A stretch of 57,553 bases of DNA from Oligoflexales bacterium (GTDB taxonomy: Bacteria > Bdellovibrionota_B > Oligoflexia > Oligoflexales > CAIYRB01), in NCBI GenBank assembly GCA_041736175.1, contig JBGSUI010000161.1:1-57553 (forward strand), read 5' to 3'. Made by a program: the position numbers and the translations under genes. Numbering within the stretch: the first letter of the stretch is position 1; each line of letters begins with the position of its first letter. Shown in pieces: positions 47,052 to 56,439 of the stretch. Under the pieces are notes generated by a model, which saw only the letters and a program-made list of their open reading frames with translations, was not told where the DNA came from and did no database searches.

Positions 47052-48122
47052 CTATTTATGACCTACAGAGGTCATTTTTTTGAAAAACTCAACATAGTCA
47101 TCGAGAACCTTTTGTCGGATAGCATCCGTCTCCTGTAACAGCTCATGCCGGCCTGGGGATACCGACTTAATCGCGCAGTTTTGCGCCAGCCGACACACTT
47201 CTGCTTCAGCGGGATTGTCGACATAATCGTCTTCGGCAGATTGTTGGATCAGGACGGGTGACTGACCTAACATTTTAGCGAGTGCTGGAAGCTGCGAAGT
47301 GGCACGAAGAATCTCTCGCACCCATCCATTGCTAGGGGCACCAATTTGTATTTCAGGGTTATCAATAAGTTGTTGCAGACTACGGCCACAACGCTCTCGG
47401 CTATGGGTCGTTCGACATTGACTTGGGTCTTGTAATTTTGGGTCATAGAGCGAACGTCCAAACGCGATTTCAGCGTTGCGGCCCCGCCAGCTTTGCCATG
47501 CCAAAAGAGCTTCGGCTATAAATCGAGGTATATGGCCAGTATTAAGTCCATACAACGGTGCGTTTAAACCAAAGGCTGCCAGTTTACCTTCCAGCCTCGG
47601 AGCGACATAAGTGGCGATAAGAGCGCCGGTGGAATGGGCCAAGATAAACACTGGCCCGCGGGCATTGGGCAAAACGATGCTCCGTAACCATGTCTCCGTA
47701 TCATCAACATAATCGCTAAAGCGTTCCACATGAGCGATCAGTGGGTTTGGCGCCAGATGAGTCGACAAACCCATACCCCGATGATCCATGGCAAACACAT
47801 CAAACCCCCTGTTAAAAAAATCAGACATGACCTCATCGTATTTGACCCAAGCTTCTGAGTAGCCTGGTAAAATGGCGACGGCGGGTCGTGGGTTGCTTCC
47901 AAGTCTAGAAAAATGGGCGATTTTTGCCCCGTCGACACCAGAAAAGTATCCCCGTTGACCTTTCGTCATAAAATCTTGGAGCAAAGATTTATGGGTTGTG
48001 CTTAGAGATTCTTCGGGCAGAGCCAGTAAGGGTCCTGATAGGCTGCCCATAAGAGTGAGCAGCATAAAGTGCCACACAATAAAATGTTTGAAAATCTTAG
48101 CTGACCTGCGCATTTTTCCCAT
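47052..48122 (-). CDS. Exported lysophospholipase L2-like alpha/beta hydrolase
   Basis: Signal peptide; PGYSE...KY, DHRGMGLS, AHSTG, RHELLQE. Confidence 0.85.
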   Translation of the reverse strand: MGKMRRSAKIFKHFIVWHFMLLTLMGSLSGPLLALPEESLSTTHKSLLQDFMTKGQRGYFSGVDGAKIAHFSRLGSNPRPAVAILPGYSEAWVKYDEVMSDFFNRGFDVFAMDHRGMGLSTHLAPNPLIAHVERFSDYVDDTETWLRSIVLPNARGPVFILAHSTGALIATYVAPRLEGKLAAFGLNAPLYGLNTGHIPRFIAEALLAWQSWRGRNAEIAFGRSLYDPKLQDPSQCRTTHSRERCGRSLQQLIDNPEIQIGAPSNGWVREILRATSQLPALAKMLGQSPVLIQQSAEDDYVDNPAEAEVCRLAQNCAIKSVSPGRHELLQETDAIRQKVLDDYVEFFKKMTSVGHK

Positions 48123-48335
48123 CCTAGTCTGACTGGCAAAAGATTGGTGCCCGTGCAGCCAATAAATATTAAATATCCGATGTCCTTACAAGTGATCTTA
48201 TATTCCTTTTACCTTAAAACGAAGCAGTTCCTATACAGAAAGGGAATAAATAGGTTGTCATAGGTGAGAATATCTTCAAAAGGGCCACTTGTGATAAGAT
48301 TCCCTTGAAACAATTCACCGATTTGAGGAGCACTT

Positions 48336-48776
48336 TTGAAAAACGTAAAAATCAAAATCGAAGCAAATGTATCGACTTCATTGCAAATCGTCTGGTCTTT
48401 TTGGACTGATCCAAAGCATATCACTCAATGGAACTTTGCCTCAGAAACCTGGCGATGTCCTTGGGCCACCAACGATTTAAAAGTCGGTGGAAAATTCTGT
48501 GCAAAAATGGAAGCGAAAGATGGCAGCTTTGGATTTGAGCTGATAGGTATCTATGATGAAGTTGTGCTTCACAAAAGGTTAGCCTATACCATGGAGGATG
48601 GCCGTAAGGTCGTCACTGATTTCCAAAACCAAGGATCATTTATAAAAATTGTGACAATTTTTGATGCTGAAAAAGAAAACTCTGAAGAGCTACAAAAGGC
48701 TGGCTGGCAAGCAATCCTCGATAATTTTAAAAGATATGCGGAGAAAAGCAGTAGGTCTGATGACCGCTCTGCCTAA
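48336..48776 (+). CDS. SRPBCC/AHSA1-family protein
   Basis: WTDPKHITQWNFAS, DLKVGG, MEAKDGSFGF, GWQAILDNFK. Confidence 0.9.
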   Translation: MKNVKIKIEANVSTSLQIVWSFWTDPKHITQWNFASETWRCPWATNDLKVGGKFCAKMEAKDGSFGFELIGIYDEVVLHKRLAYTMEDGRKVVTDFQNQGSFIKIVTIFDAEKENSEELQKAGWQAILDNFKRYAEKSSRSDDRSA

Positions 48777-48829
48777 GGACTTGATCCAAATTTAATACCG
48801 ATGTTAGCCAGTCTCAAAAAAATTTAAAA

Positions 48830-50788
48830 TTAGCTTTGCATTCCTTGGATGGCAAAGATCATCTGACTCTTACGATCCCGGCGGAAAAACTTAAGAAGGT
48901 GGGAGCAGAGGTCTTGTGCATCCAGGGAGGAGTTGGTTTTAAGGGTTTTTTCTAGCCTAGGATGTAGAAAAGTCGTAGGACGCTCTAAGCCCTGAGATGG
49001 GACGATCAGGAGATCGCCTGAGGTCAAGGTTAAAGTCTTACGTATGGGAGTGCAAATGGGTGATGTCCCGAGGGTGGGTCCGTGGGTAGAAAGGATTTGG
49101 GTATGTCCCAATTGATGAAGGTAAATCCCTATAGACCCCGCGTTACACAGCGTCACCAAACCCGTATTGGAAAGGGATATCCCTAAGACTGTGGCTTTTC
49201 CCTGGCCAGAAAACATCTGAAAAAGAGTTTGATTTAGATGTTGTAAACCAAGATCTAAAGTAGCATTTTGATGCTTGATGCGTTCTAAGGCCATAAAAGC
49301 AGCTGATATGATGAGTGCAGCCTGAGGTCCGCCCTGGCTAATATGACCTATCATCACATGGAGGGTATTGTCGCGCGTCTTCCAGTAGTAGATCCACTCA
49401 CCTGCAATCGTCTCTTGATTGCTGTGTTGCTCGTAAGCAAAGTGAAAGGGCCCGACTTTCCCAGATTTGTCACTGGGCAATAAAAGGTTTTGGACATTGC
49501 GAGCAAGCTCAAGGCTTTGTTGGAGTTTTTCTCCAGCGATTTTCTCGGCCACGATAAAAGTCGTGGTGCTGACGGAGCTTAATAGCAAAAAAACGACAGA
49601 AATCACTACAAACACTAAAAAGGAAGTCTGGATATATGGGAGGATTCCCATATATTGGCAGCTTAAGTAGGTACCACATAAGCCAAAGGGTATAGCATTG
49701 GCTAAATAAACGATTGCATCGATTTTAGAGGGTGGAAGTCCAAAGCGCACGATGTAGGTGATCCCAAGAGCGCTTGCGGTGATAATGATAAGTGGAATCA
49801 GAATTGCAAAATTTTCTGAAATAAAAAAAAGAGATGCCAACAGTGGGTAGCTGTTATTGATCAAACGTGTCGCTTTAAAAAAAACAGGGTTTTGGGTTTT
49901 GCCATGGGCAAAAAACTCGAGGGTAAAGCGGCTGACGCCAAAGGCGATCAGAGCGACCCATAGGGGCCAAAGGGAATGGATCTGTTTAGGCAATATGTCA
50001 CTTAAATCCGGTGGCACCCCGAGGAGACTGAGTGGCACTGCTACAATACCAATGCCGCTGATAAGAAAATAGGTGAACTGTCGTAAGCGGGCAATGCTCA
50101 CAAACGCAAAATTATAGATCCAAAGTCCTGCAAGACCGCCATAGAGAAACATGAGGATGAGGTTGCTATAAAAGAAGTCGACATCATAGCTCTCCAAAGT
50201 GAGCAGCCTGGGAGCGAAGATCGTTAGAAAATTATGCGTTACAAAACCGACAACGAAGGTTGATTTTCCTGGAGGCATTTCAAGGAGAATATTTTGGCTC
50301 ATGTTGTGGCGTTGGTAGTGCTCTAGCTCCATATTTTTTAAATTGATCGTATTTTGATCGTTGGGAATTTGCTGAATGCTTAAAGATTGGAGGGGGAGTT
50401 TTTGATGGAAGTACATTTTTTGGATTTTATCAGTAGGGTTTTCAACCACAAAAATAGCCCAAAAAGGTTTTGAAGAAAAAAGGATATCGCTATTTGATGG
50501 AAAGTGCTTGTTTTGATGCCAAAGTGACGATATATGCCCAAGTGGTTTCTTCCCCTCACTCAAGGCATATAGATAAGGAACGATGTCATAGTCTTTGTAC
50601 CGATTGGATCCTGGAAGTGTTTCAAGGGTAAGAGCAGAGATACTGAGTGGTTTAACCACGGTATCGTCTGACAAAAGTGGCTGTTTATGCTGGTTAATGG
50701 GTTCGTTACCAAGCCCTAAAGGACAGTGACTCCAGCATACTGCTATGATTAAGACTCGAAGAATTTTGATGCTTAAAACAGGTTTCAT
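48830..50788 (-). CDS. 7TM-DISM-like membrane receptor with degenerate SpoIIE/PP2C domain
   Basis: Signal peptide, periplasmic domain, about 7 TMs, ARNVQNLLLP; GEW, IGHISQGG and SQG replace the Asp motifs. The ORF-track start (50914) is probably too long. Confidence 0.75.
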   Translation of the reverse strand: MKPVLSIKILRVLIIAVCWSHCPLGLGNEPINQHKQPLLSDDTVVKPLSISALTLETLPGSNRYKDYDIVPYLYALSEGKKPLGHISSLWHQNKHFPSNSDILFSSKPFWAIFVVENPTDKIQKMYFHQKLPLQSLSIQQIPNDQNTINLKNMELEHYQRHNMSQNILLEMPPGKSTFVVGFVTHNFLTIFAPRLLTLESYDVDFFYSNLILMFLYGGLAGLWIYNFAFVSIARLRQFTYFLISGIGIVAVPLSLLGVPPDLSDILPKQIHSLWPLWVALIAFGVSRFTLEFFAHGKTQNPVFFKATRLINNSYPLLASLFFISENFAILIPLIIITASALGITYIVRFGLPPSKIDAIVYLANAIPFGLCGTYLSCQYMGILPYIQTSFLVFVVISVVFLLLSSVSTTTFIVAEKIAGEKLQQSLELARNVQNLLLPSDKSGKVGPFHFAYEQHSNQETIAGEWIYYWKTRDNTLHVMIGHISQGGPQAALIISAAFMALERIKHQNATLDLGLQHLNQTLFQMFSGQGKATVLGISLSNTGLVTLCNAGSIGIYLHQLGHTQILSTHGPTLGTSPICTPIRKTLTLTSGDLLIVPSQGLERPTTFLHPRLEKTLKTNSSLDAQDLCSHLLKFFRRDRKSQMIFAIQGMQS

Positions 50789-50991
50789 GGTTTTTAAGAT
50801 GCTCCGACTCCATCCTTTGATGATCGGAGCCACCCTTGAAAACTTAAGGGCTGAAATTTCTGGTGTAAATATCCACCTTGGTGGGTCTTGAAACATTTTA
50901 ATTTTAGGTCTCACTTTGGGAGAAACCTTTTAAATTTCCTATTTGGACCGATAAGGAATGATCGACGCTAAAACCTTGAGCTAATATTGTT

Positions 50992-52920
50992 ATGTCTTCA
51001 AATCAACTAGTAAAAGCCATTTTTCTGCTGCTCCTAACCATCATGGGGTTGAGGACCCAGCCACTTTTTGCAAGTTTTAACACCACAAAAAGTGGTTTAA
51101 GTTTCCAGGTTCCACAAGACGTTGTCCTTAAGGATTTTCAAGAAGTCCTAGAATACCAAGGGATTGACCAAGGAGAGGACATACTTAAGGCCCTTGATAC
51201 TCATCACCGGATGATCCCAGGGAAAAAAGGGGATTTACCAAGGGTCGATCCTGTTAGGTGGTTTAGACTGGAGCTTGAGCTTAAAGAGGGCGAAGGTCAA
51301 TGGATCGTTGCTAATGAATTGCCTATAGATTCAATGCAAATTGTAGATATCAAAAATAAGAGGTTTTTTTATTGCGATAAGCGGGAAAATTTAAGTCTTA
51401 AAATAATTCTTAATGCTCCCTACTGTGGAATCCACCTTGAATCTGGCAGCAATGTTTTTATGCTCGGAGCAAAGTTTGACGGTTCGCTGACCCATCTGGT
51501 GCCTTATGTCACGCGGGTAGAGGATTTTTGGAACTTAAAAAATAAACAATTGGGGTTGATCCTGGCTTTAGTAGCCGCGATGGTTTTTATCATTCTATAT
51601 GACGCGCTTATTTTGTTTATAGAAAGAAAACTATTTATATTTTTTATGATTGTGATGGCGGTGTCTGAGTTGGCGCTTTTGGGCAGTTTGTTGGGGCTTA
51701 TCAGGTTAATATCAATAGATTTACAATTGGTTTTAGGAAGACTATGGCCTTTGCAGCTACAAATCATTTTAAGCGCCACCTCATTGGCTATTGTGTATTT
51801 TTTTAGGCATATAGGTTACGAAAAACCCCGATTAGACGGTTTGATCAATTGGGGAGTTGCTGTCTACGGGGTGGCCACAATGCTTTGTTTGATGGACTGG
51901 GAGAGAGCGACAGGGTTTTATTTGCTGATCGCTTTTATAAGCATTTTTCTTCTTTCCATACGCAGCTATCTTATCGTTATTTATGACATAAAAATTGGGA
52001 TTTTTTATATTTTGGGTAGTTTGCCAGTCGTCCTCTCTGCTGCCTTTGCGATTATTGCTTTTTTTTATTTTCCCCAATATTATTTTTGGAGTCTCGTAAC
52101 CCTGCTCGGGGGTACGCTCTTTTATCTGATAGGCCTCTCGGCTATTTTTGGGACAACGGCTAGTTATACGAGGATAAACAGAGCTAAGTTGGAGCAAAGC
52201 CTGGAGCTGGGAAGATCTGTTCAAAGTCTGCTGTTGCCCCATCTCGTCGTCCAGTCGCGAGAAGGGAGTGAGCATCTTTTTAGATATATTCCCTACGCAA
52301 AACAGATGTCAGGAGACTGGGTCAACTATTGGATCGCCGAGGATGGTGCACAAAACTACCTCATCGGAGATGTGACGGGCAAAGGTCCTCAAGCGGCCTT
52401 AGCTGTAGCGATGATTGCATCGATTATAAACCATCATAAATCGACGCGGAGTGACTTGGTCACCTGCCTGGAAGATATCAATAAAATGCTGTACCAAGCC
52501 TTTAGGGGAGAAATAACGACGACAGCCTCAGGTGTAACGGTGGCGCAAGGAGGTGTTCGTGCTACTTTTGTCAATGCCGCTGGATGTGGATGGTTTGTAT
52601 GGAAAAAACAAAAGATTGTCCATATTCTTGGACGTGGCTGTCTCCTTGGCCATAGCGCTCAATTTTTTGTAGAGGCAAAAGTGCTAGGGTTGGAGCCGGG
52701 GGATGCTTTTTTTACCCTCACCGATGGACTATGCCCCAGTTTGAGGGTTATGAATCAGATGGTTAAAGGCCTCCAAGCAAGGTGTCGTAGAGAAGACGGA
52801 CTCGACCAATTAAGTCAGTTTGTTTTTAGTTTTGCTCACCCATTTGGCCTGCAAGATGACCAAGCATTTTTTGTGTACCGGTTAATGCCTGTCCAGCAGC
52901 AGCTCAAATTGGTTGCCTAA
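50992..52920 (+). CDS. 7TM-DISM-like receptor with intact SpoIIE/PP2C phosphatase
   Basis: About 7 TMs; GRSVQSLLLP, SGDW, IGDVTGKG, TDG, QDDQ. Confidence 0.85.
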   Translation: MSSNQLVKAIFLLLLTIMGLRTQPLFASFNTTKSGLSFQVPQDVVLKDFQEVLEYQGIDQGEDILKALDTHHRMIPGKKGDLPRVDPVRWFRLELELKEGEGQWIVANELPIDSMQIVDIKNKRFFYCDKRENLSLKIILNAPYCGIHLESGSNVFMLGAKFDGSLTHLVPYVTRVEDFWNLKNKQLGLILALVAAMVFIILYDALILFIERKLFIFFMIVMAVSELALLGSLLGLIRLISIDLQLVLGRLWPLQLQIILSATSLAIVYFFRHIGYEKPRLDGLINWGVAVYGVATMLCLMDWERATGFYLLIAFISIFLLSIRSYLIVIYDIKIGIFYILGSLPVVLSAAFAIIAFFYFPQYYFWSLVTLLGGTLFYLIGLSAIFGTTASYTRINRAKLEQSLELGRSVQSLLLPHLVVQSREGSEHLFRYIPYAKQMSGDWVNYWIAEDGAQNYLIGDVTGKGPQAALAVAMIASIINHHKSTRSDLVTCLEDINKMLYQAFRGEITTTASGVTVAQGGVRATFVNAAGCGWFVWKKQKIVHILGRGCLLGHSAQFFVEAKVLGLEPGDAFFTLTDGLCPSLRVMNQMVKGLQARCRREDGLDQLSQFVFSFAHPFGLQDDQAFFVYRLMPVQQQLKLVA

Positions 52921-53013
52921 AAAGCTCCATGGAACTTAGCTAGCAGGGCAGGATGCCTTTCCCATCAAGCCAGCACTCAGGCTTATTTGCCGCCAGAGAC
53001 CACGGTTCCCTCC

Positions 53014-53077
53014 CTTGACATGCCATACCTGTGCCTGTAGCTTGTTCAAGGGCTGCATGTTATTGGAAATATAGACC
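53014..53077. repeat. Right copy of the 64 bp direct repeat
   Basis: Partner of 46912-46975. Confidence 0.9.
53015..53043 (+). promoter_or_regulatory. Sigma70-type promoter for the FabK/NMO gene
   Basis: TTGACA-N17-TAGCTT. Confidence 0.65.
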
Positions 53078-53097
53078 TGATTTGAGGGACTTGCACC

Positions 53098-54042
53098 ATG
53101 GCTAGACACAGGATCTGCGATCTTTTTGGGATATCCACCCCGATTATACAGGCGGGGATGGTTTACGTATCGGGCGCGTCTTTGGCGGTGGCATCGGCCC
53201 GAGCAGGAGTCCTCGGCCTCATCGGAGCGGGTGGGATGTCAGCGGAAAAACTAGGCCAAGAGCTGGCCTGGGCGCGGCAACAAACCTCGCAACCCATCGG
53301 GGTCAATATCCCACTGCTCTATAGCCGAGTCAAAGAGCAGATCGATATGGCGCTGGAACAGGGAGTTCGCATTTTTTTTACCTCCGCAGGTAGCCCTAAG
53401 ACCTGGACCACCTATCTTAAAGATCGTGGAAGTGTGGTGGTTCATGTGACCTCGACCCCTGAGCTAGCCAAAAAGTGCGAAGCTGCCGGTGTCGATGCCG
53501 TTGTGGCCGAAGGGTTCGAGGCAGGAGGGCACAATGGTCGAGACGAACTGACCACGATGGTTTTGATTCCTGCCGTCGTCCAAGCCGTCAAGATCCCGGT
53601 GATAGCAGCTGGGGGGATTGCAAATGGCCGCCAAATAGCAGCGGCGATGGCTCTCGGTGCGAGTGGAGTGCAAATCGGAACTCGTTTTGCGGCGACTCAA
53701 GAATCCACGGCCCATCACAACTTTAAACAGGCGATGGTTGATGCAGGGATGACGGCCACCAGTCTGATGCTTAAAAAGCTGGTTCCGGTGCGACTCCTTA
53801 AAAACCCTTTTGCCGAAAAGGTCGCCGCCCTCGAAGCCGAGGGTGCCGGTTCTGACGAACTCGCGACGCTGCTGGGAAAGGGGCGTGCCCACAAGGGGAT
53901 GTTTGAGGGAGATCTAGTCGAAGGGGAGCTTGAGGCTGGTCAGGTGGTAGGGCTTATCGACGATCTACCCACCGTGGCACAGCTTGTGGAACGGCTAAAG
54001 TCAGAATACAACCAAACTCTTAAAAGTTTAACTTCCTTTTAA
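53098..54042 (+). CDS. Nitronate monooxygenase / FabK-like flavin oxidoreductase
   Basis: PIIQAGM, EGFEAGGHNG, AAGGI, GVQIGTRF. Confidence 0.9.
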   Translation: MARHRICDLFGISTPIIQAGMVYVSGASLAVASARAGVLGLIGAGGMSAEKLGQELAWARQQTSQPIGVNIPLLYSRVKEQIDMALEQGVRIFFTSAGSPKTWTTYLKDRGSVVVHVTSTPELAKKCEAAGVDAVVAEGFEAGGHNGRDELTTMVLIPAVVQAVKIPVIAAGGIANGRQIAAAMALGASGVQIGTRFAATQESTAHHNFKQAMVDAGMTATSLMLKKLVPVRLLKNPFAEKVAALEAEGAGSDELATLLGKGRAHKGMFEGDLVEGELEAGQVVGLIDDLPTVAQLVERLKSEYNQTLKSLTSF

Positions 54043-54080
54043 ATTTAAAAAACTGTAAACGCTAGAGGAGTTTCTTTTTT

Positions 54081-54854
54081 ATGGTAGCTACGTCACTTGT
54101 GCCACGCAGGGTTAAAAGAGGTTGGATGGAACTAAAAGTGACCCAGGTGGTTACAGAAACCTCTGATACTTTGACTTTTTTGTTAGAGGATGCAGCCGAG
54201 GGGGGGCGGCCATTTGACTACTATGCAGGTCAGTATCTGACCTTTCGGTTTGATGATCTTGCTCCTAAGCCGATCGTAAGATCTTACACCATGTCCAGCT
54301 CTCCCCGCCAGGATGGAGCTTCGGCCTTTACCGTAAAAAGGGTAGAAAAAGGGCTCGTAAGCAACTGGCTTTGCGATCACGTCAAGGTTGGGACAATCCT
54401 CAAGGCCCGTGGTCCTATCGGCAAATTCTGCTACGATGCCCCCCTCGATCGACCCCACCTCGTGATGGTTGCTGGAGGAAGCGGGGTGACGCCTTTTGTG
54501 AGCATTATGCGGGAGTATGCGGATTGTTTAGGGCAGGGTCAGGCGCCTCAAAAGATGACCCTGCTGGTGTCCTACCGGTCCCTCGACGACGTTATTTTAA
54601 GAAAAGACTTAGAAGAGTTTCAGCGACACCCAAACAATAAGGTATTGATAACCTTAAGTCGCGAAAATCGTGTGGACCAGGGTTATGCTTATGGACGGAT
54701 CACCACGGATCTATTAGCCCAGGCTTTTGGCCAGGATCCCTCCCAGGTTACAATGATGACCTGTGGTCCCCAGGCGATCATGGACCAAGCCGTCGCCTTT
54801 GCACAGTCCATAGGCTTAGAACCGAGTCAGATAAAAACCGAGTCTTTCGACTAG
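54081..54854 (+). CDS. FNR-like FAD/NAD(P) oxidoreductase (no 2Fe-2S domain)
   Basis: AGQY, RSYTMSS, GLVSNW, AGGSGVTP, CGP, terminal ESFD. Confidence 0.88.
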   Translation: MVATSLVPRRVKRGWMELKVTQVVTETSDTLTFLLEDAAEGGRPFDYYAGQYLTFRFDDLAPKPIVRSYTMSSSPRQDGASAFTVKRVEKGLVSNWLCDHVKVGTILKARGPIGKFCYDAPLDRPHLVMVAGGSGVTPFVSIMREYADCLGQGQAPQKMTLLVSYRSLDDVILRKDLEEFQRHPNNKVLITLSRENRVDQGYAYGRITTDLLAQAFGQDPSQVTMMTCGPQAIMDQAVAFAQSIGLEPSQIKTESFD

Positions 54855-54865
54855 AGCCTCCAATA

Positions 54866-54930
54866 GTCCTTAAGGTAGAATGTCCTTGCTAAAAGTGCTT
54901 ACTTAGGACACTAAGTCCTAGGTAAAAGTG
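54866..54930. repeat. Direct and inverted repeats upstream of the third AAA gene
   Basis: GTCCTTGCTAAAAGTG (54882) and GTCCTAGGTAAAAGTG (54915), 14/16 identical; TAGGAC-N5-GTCCTA at 54904-54920. Confidence 0.75.
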
Positions 54931-54960
54931 TGGTATATCTGCTTTAAGTGAAGGTAAAAA

Positions 54961-56268
54961 GTGCAGAGAAATTCTTTAACACAATTAATTAATTGGAAAA
55001 ACTTAGGATCTCGTAAGCCACTCCTTATCGATGGTGCTCGACAGACAGGCAAAACCTACCTCGTCAGCCAACTTTTTGGCCCGAAGCATTTTCCCCAAAC
55101 CCATATTTTTGATTTTAAGGAAGACAAAAGGCTCCATAGATACTTTGTCGAAAATATAAATCCTTTTGAAATCATTAAAAACCTGGAGATTCATCAAGGT
55201 CGGGATATCGATCTCGCCAACGACCTTATTTTTTTTGATGAAATCGGCGAATGTCCAGATGCTATAGGGTCTCTTAAGTACTTTTGTGAAAAGATTCCTA
55301 ACGCATACCTATGTGCCTCCGGCTCCAATATTGGTTTATTGGATTCTTTTCCCGTAGGCAAAGTCCAACTTGTAGAAATTTATCCCCTTACTTTCGAGGA
55401 ATTTCTTATAGCCGCTGAGGATCCTAAACTTCTTTCTGCTTTTCAAAACCAATCTCGACTCGAAGCCGTCCACACACGGCTATGGTCGCTCCTCCTTGAC
55501 TATTATTTTGTCGGGGGCATGCCAGAGGCCGTGAATGAATGGTTTATCTCCCAAAACCAGGGTATCAACGAGCGTTGCCAAGGGGTCGTCCAAATTCACA
55601 AAAATCTCGTTGCCGGATACTACCGTGATTTTGGGAAATACTCTGGAAAAGCCAATGCCTTGCATATTGAAGCGGTTTTTAACAATATCCCCCTTCAGCT
55701 TGCAAAGACAGTAGATGACTCTGTGGGTCGTTATACCTTTAAAGGCGTCATCCCCCAGAAACGTCGATATCGAGAACTTTTGACTCCTATCGAATGGTTG
55801 TGTAAGGCCAAACTAGCCAACAAAAACTATGTGGTCAATAGTGAGCCAAAAAATCCACTCAAGTCGTTGATCAAAGAAAATTTGTTCAAATTGTTTTTTT
55901 TCGATGTAGGTCTCTTAGGTCATCTTTTAGAGATTTCTTACCTCCAGCAACGGGATCAGAATTTAAATATAAAGGGATTTATAGCCGAAAATTTTGTTCA
56001 ATGCGAATTGATTGCCTGTGGGATGAAGCATACTTATTCTTGGCAAGAAAAAAATGCCGAAATAGAATTTATACTTAAGAGCGCATCAGGAGACCTTATC
56101 CCTATCGAAGTCAAAAGCGGGACGAGGACCCAAGCTAAAAGTCTCCAAAGCTATCAGCATAGATATCATCCACAACGTACTGTGAAACTGGTTGGTAAAG
56201 TTGGTGGAACTGATCCTACCAATATGGTTTGGCCGCTTTACTATGGAAAGTATGTGGCAAACCTTTGA
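54961..56268 (+). CDS. AAA_14/DUF4143 ATPase
   Basis: GARQTGKT, IFFDEI, GGMPE, FDVGLL, AENFV, EIEF...PIEVKSG. Confidence 0.92.
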   Translation: MQRNSLTQLINWKNLGSRKPLLIDGARQTGKTYLVSQLFGPKHFPQTHIFDFKEDKRLHRYFVENINPFEIIKNLEIHQGRDIDLANDLIFFDEIGECPDAIGSLKYFCEKIPNAYLCASGSNIGLLDSFPVGKVQLVEIYPLTFEEFLIAAEDPKLLSAFQNQSRLEAVHTRLWSLLLDYYFVGGMPEAVNEWFISQNQGINERCQGVVQIHKNLVAGYYRDFGKYSGKANALHIEAVFNNIPLQLAKTVDDSVGRYTFKGVIPQKRRYRELLTPIEWLCKAKLANKNYVVNSEPKNPLKSLIKENLFKLFFFDVGLLGHLLEISYLQQRDQNLNIKGFIAENFVQCELIACGMKHTYSWQEKNAEIEFILKSASGDLIPIEVKSGTRTQAKSLQSYQHRYHPQRTVKLVGKVGGTDPTNMVWPLYYGKYVANL

Positions 56269-56439
56269 CTAAGGGACATGCTGCCTAACAAGCGCTGTTA
56301 CCTAGTCAATTCAAAATGTTACTATATCGATAACCATCTCGGCCCCGTACTTACCGGTGGCGCAGACTCAAGATTTCCATCCTGATGTCGATATGTGTTA
56401 TGATAGGTATTACGATTCACAATACTTTGGAGGACAGTC

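Noticed and set aside
54822..56316. Duplicated reductase 3' end beyond the third AAA gene
   Set aside because: Only 12/16 nt match and it does not extend; compatible with chance.
56283..56325. Integron attC-like GCCTAAC after the AAA gene
   Set aside because: No complementary GTTRRRY box or hairpin, no cassette array and no integrase.
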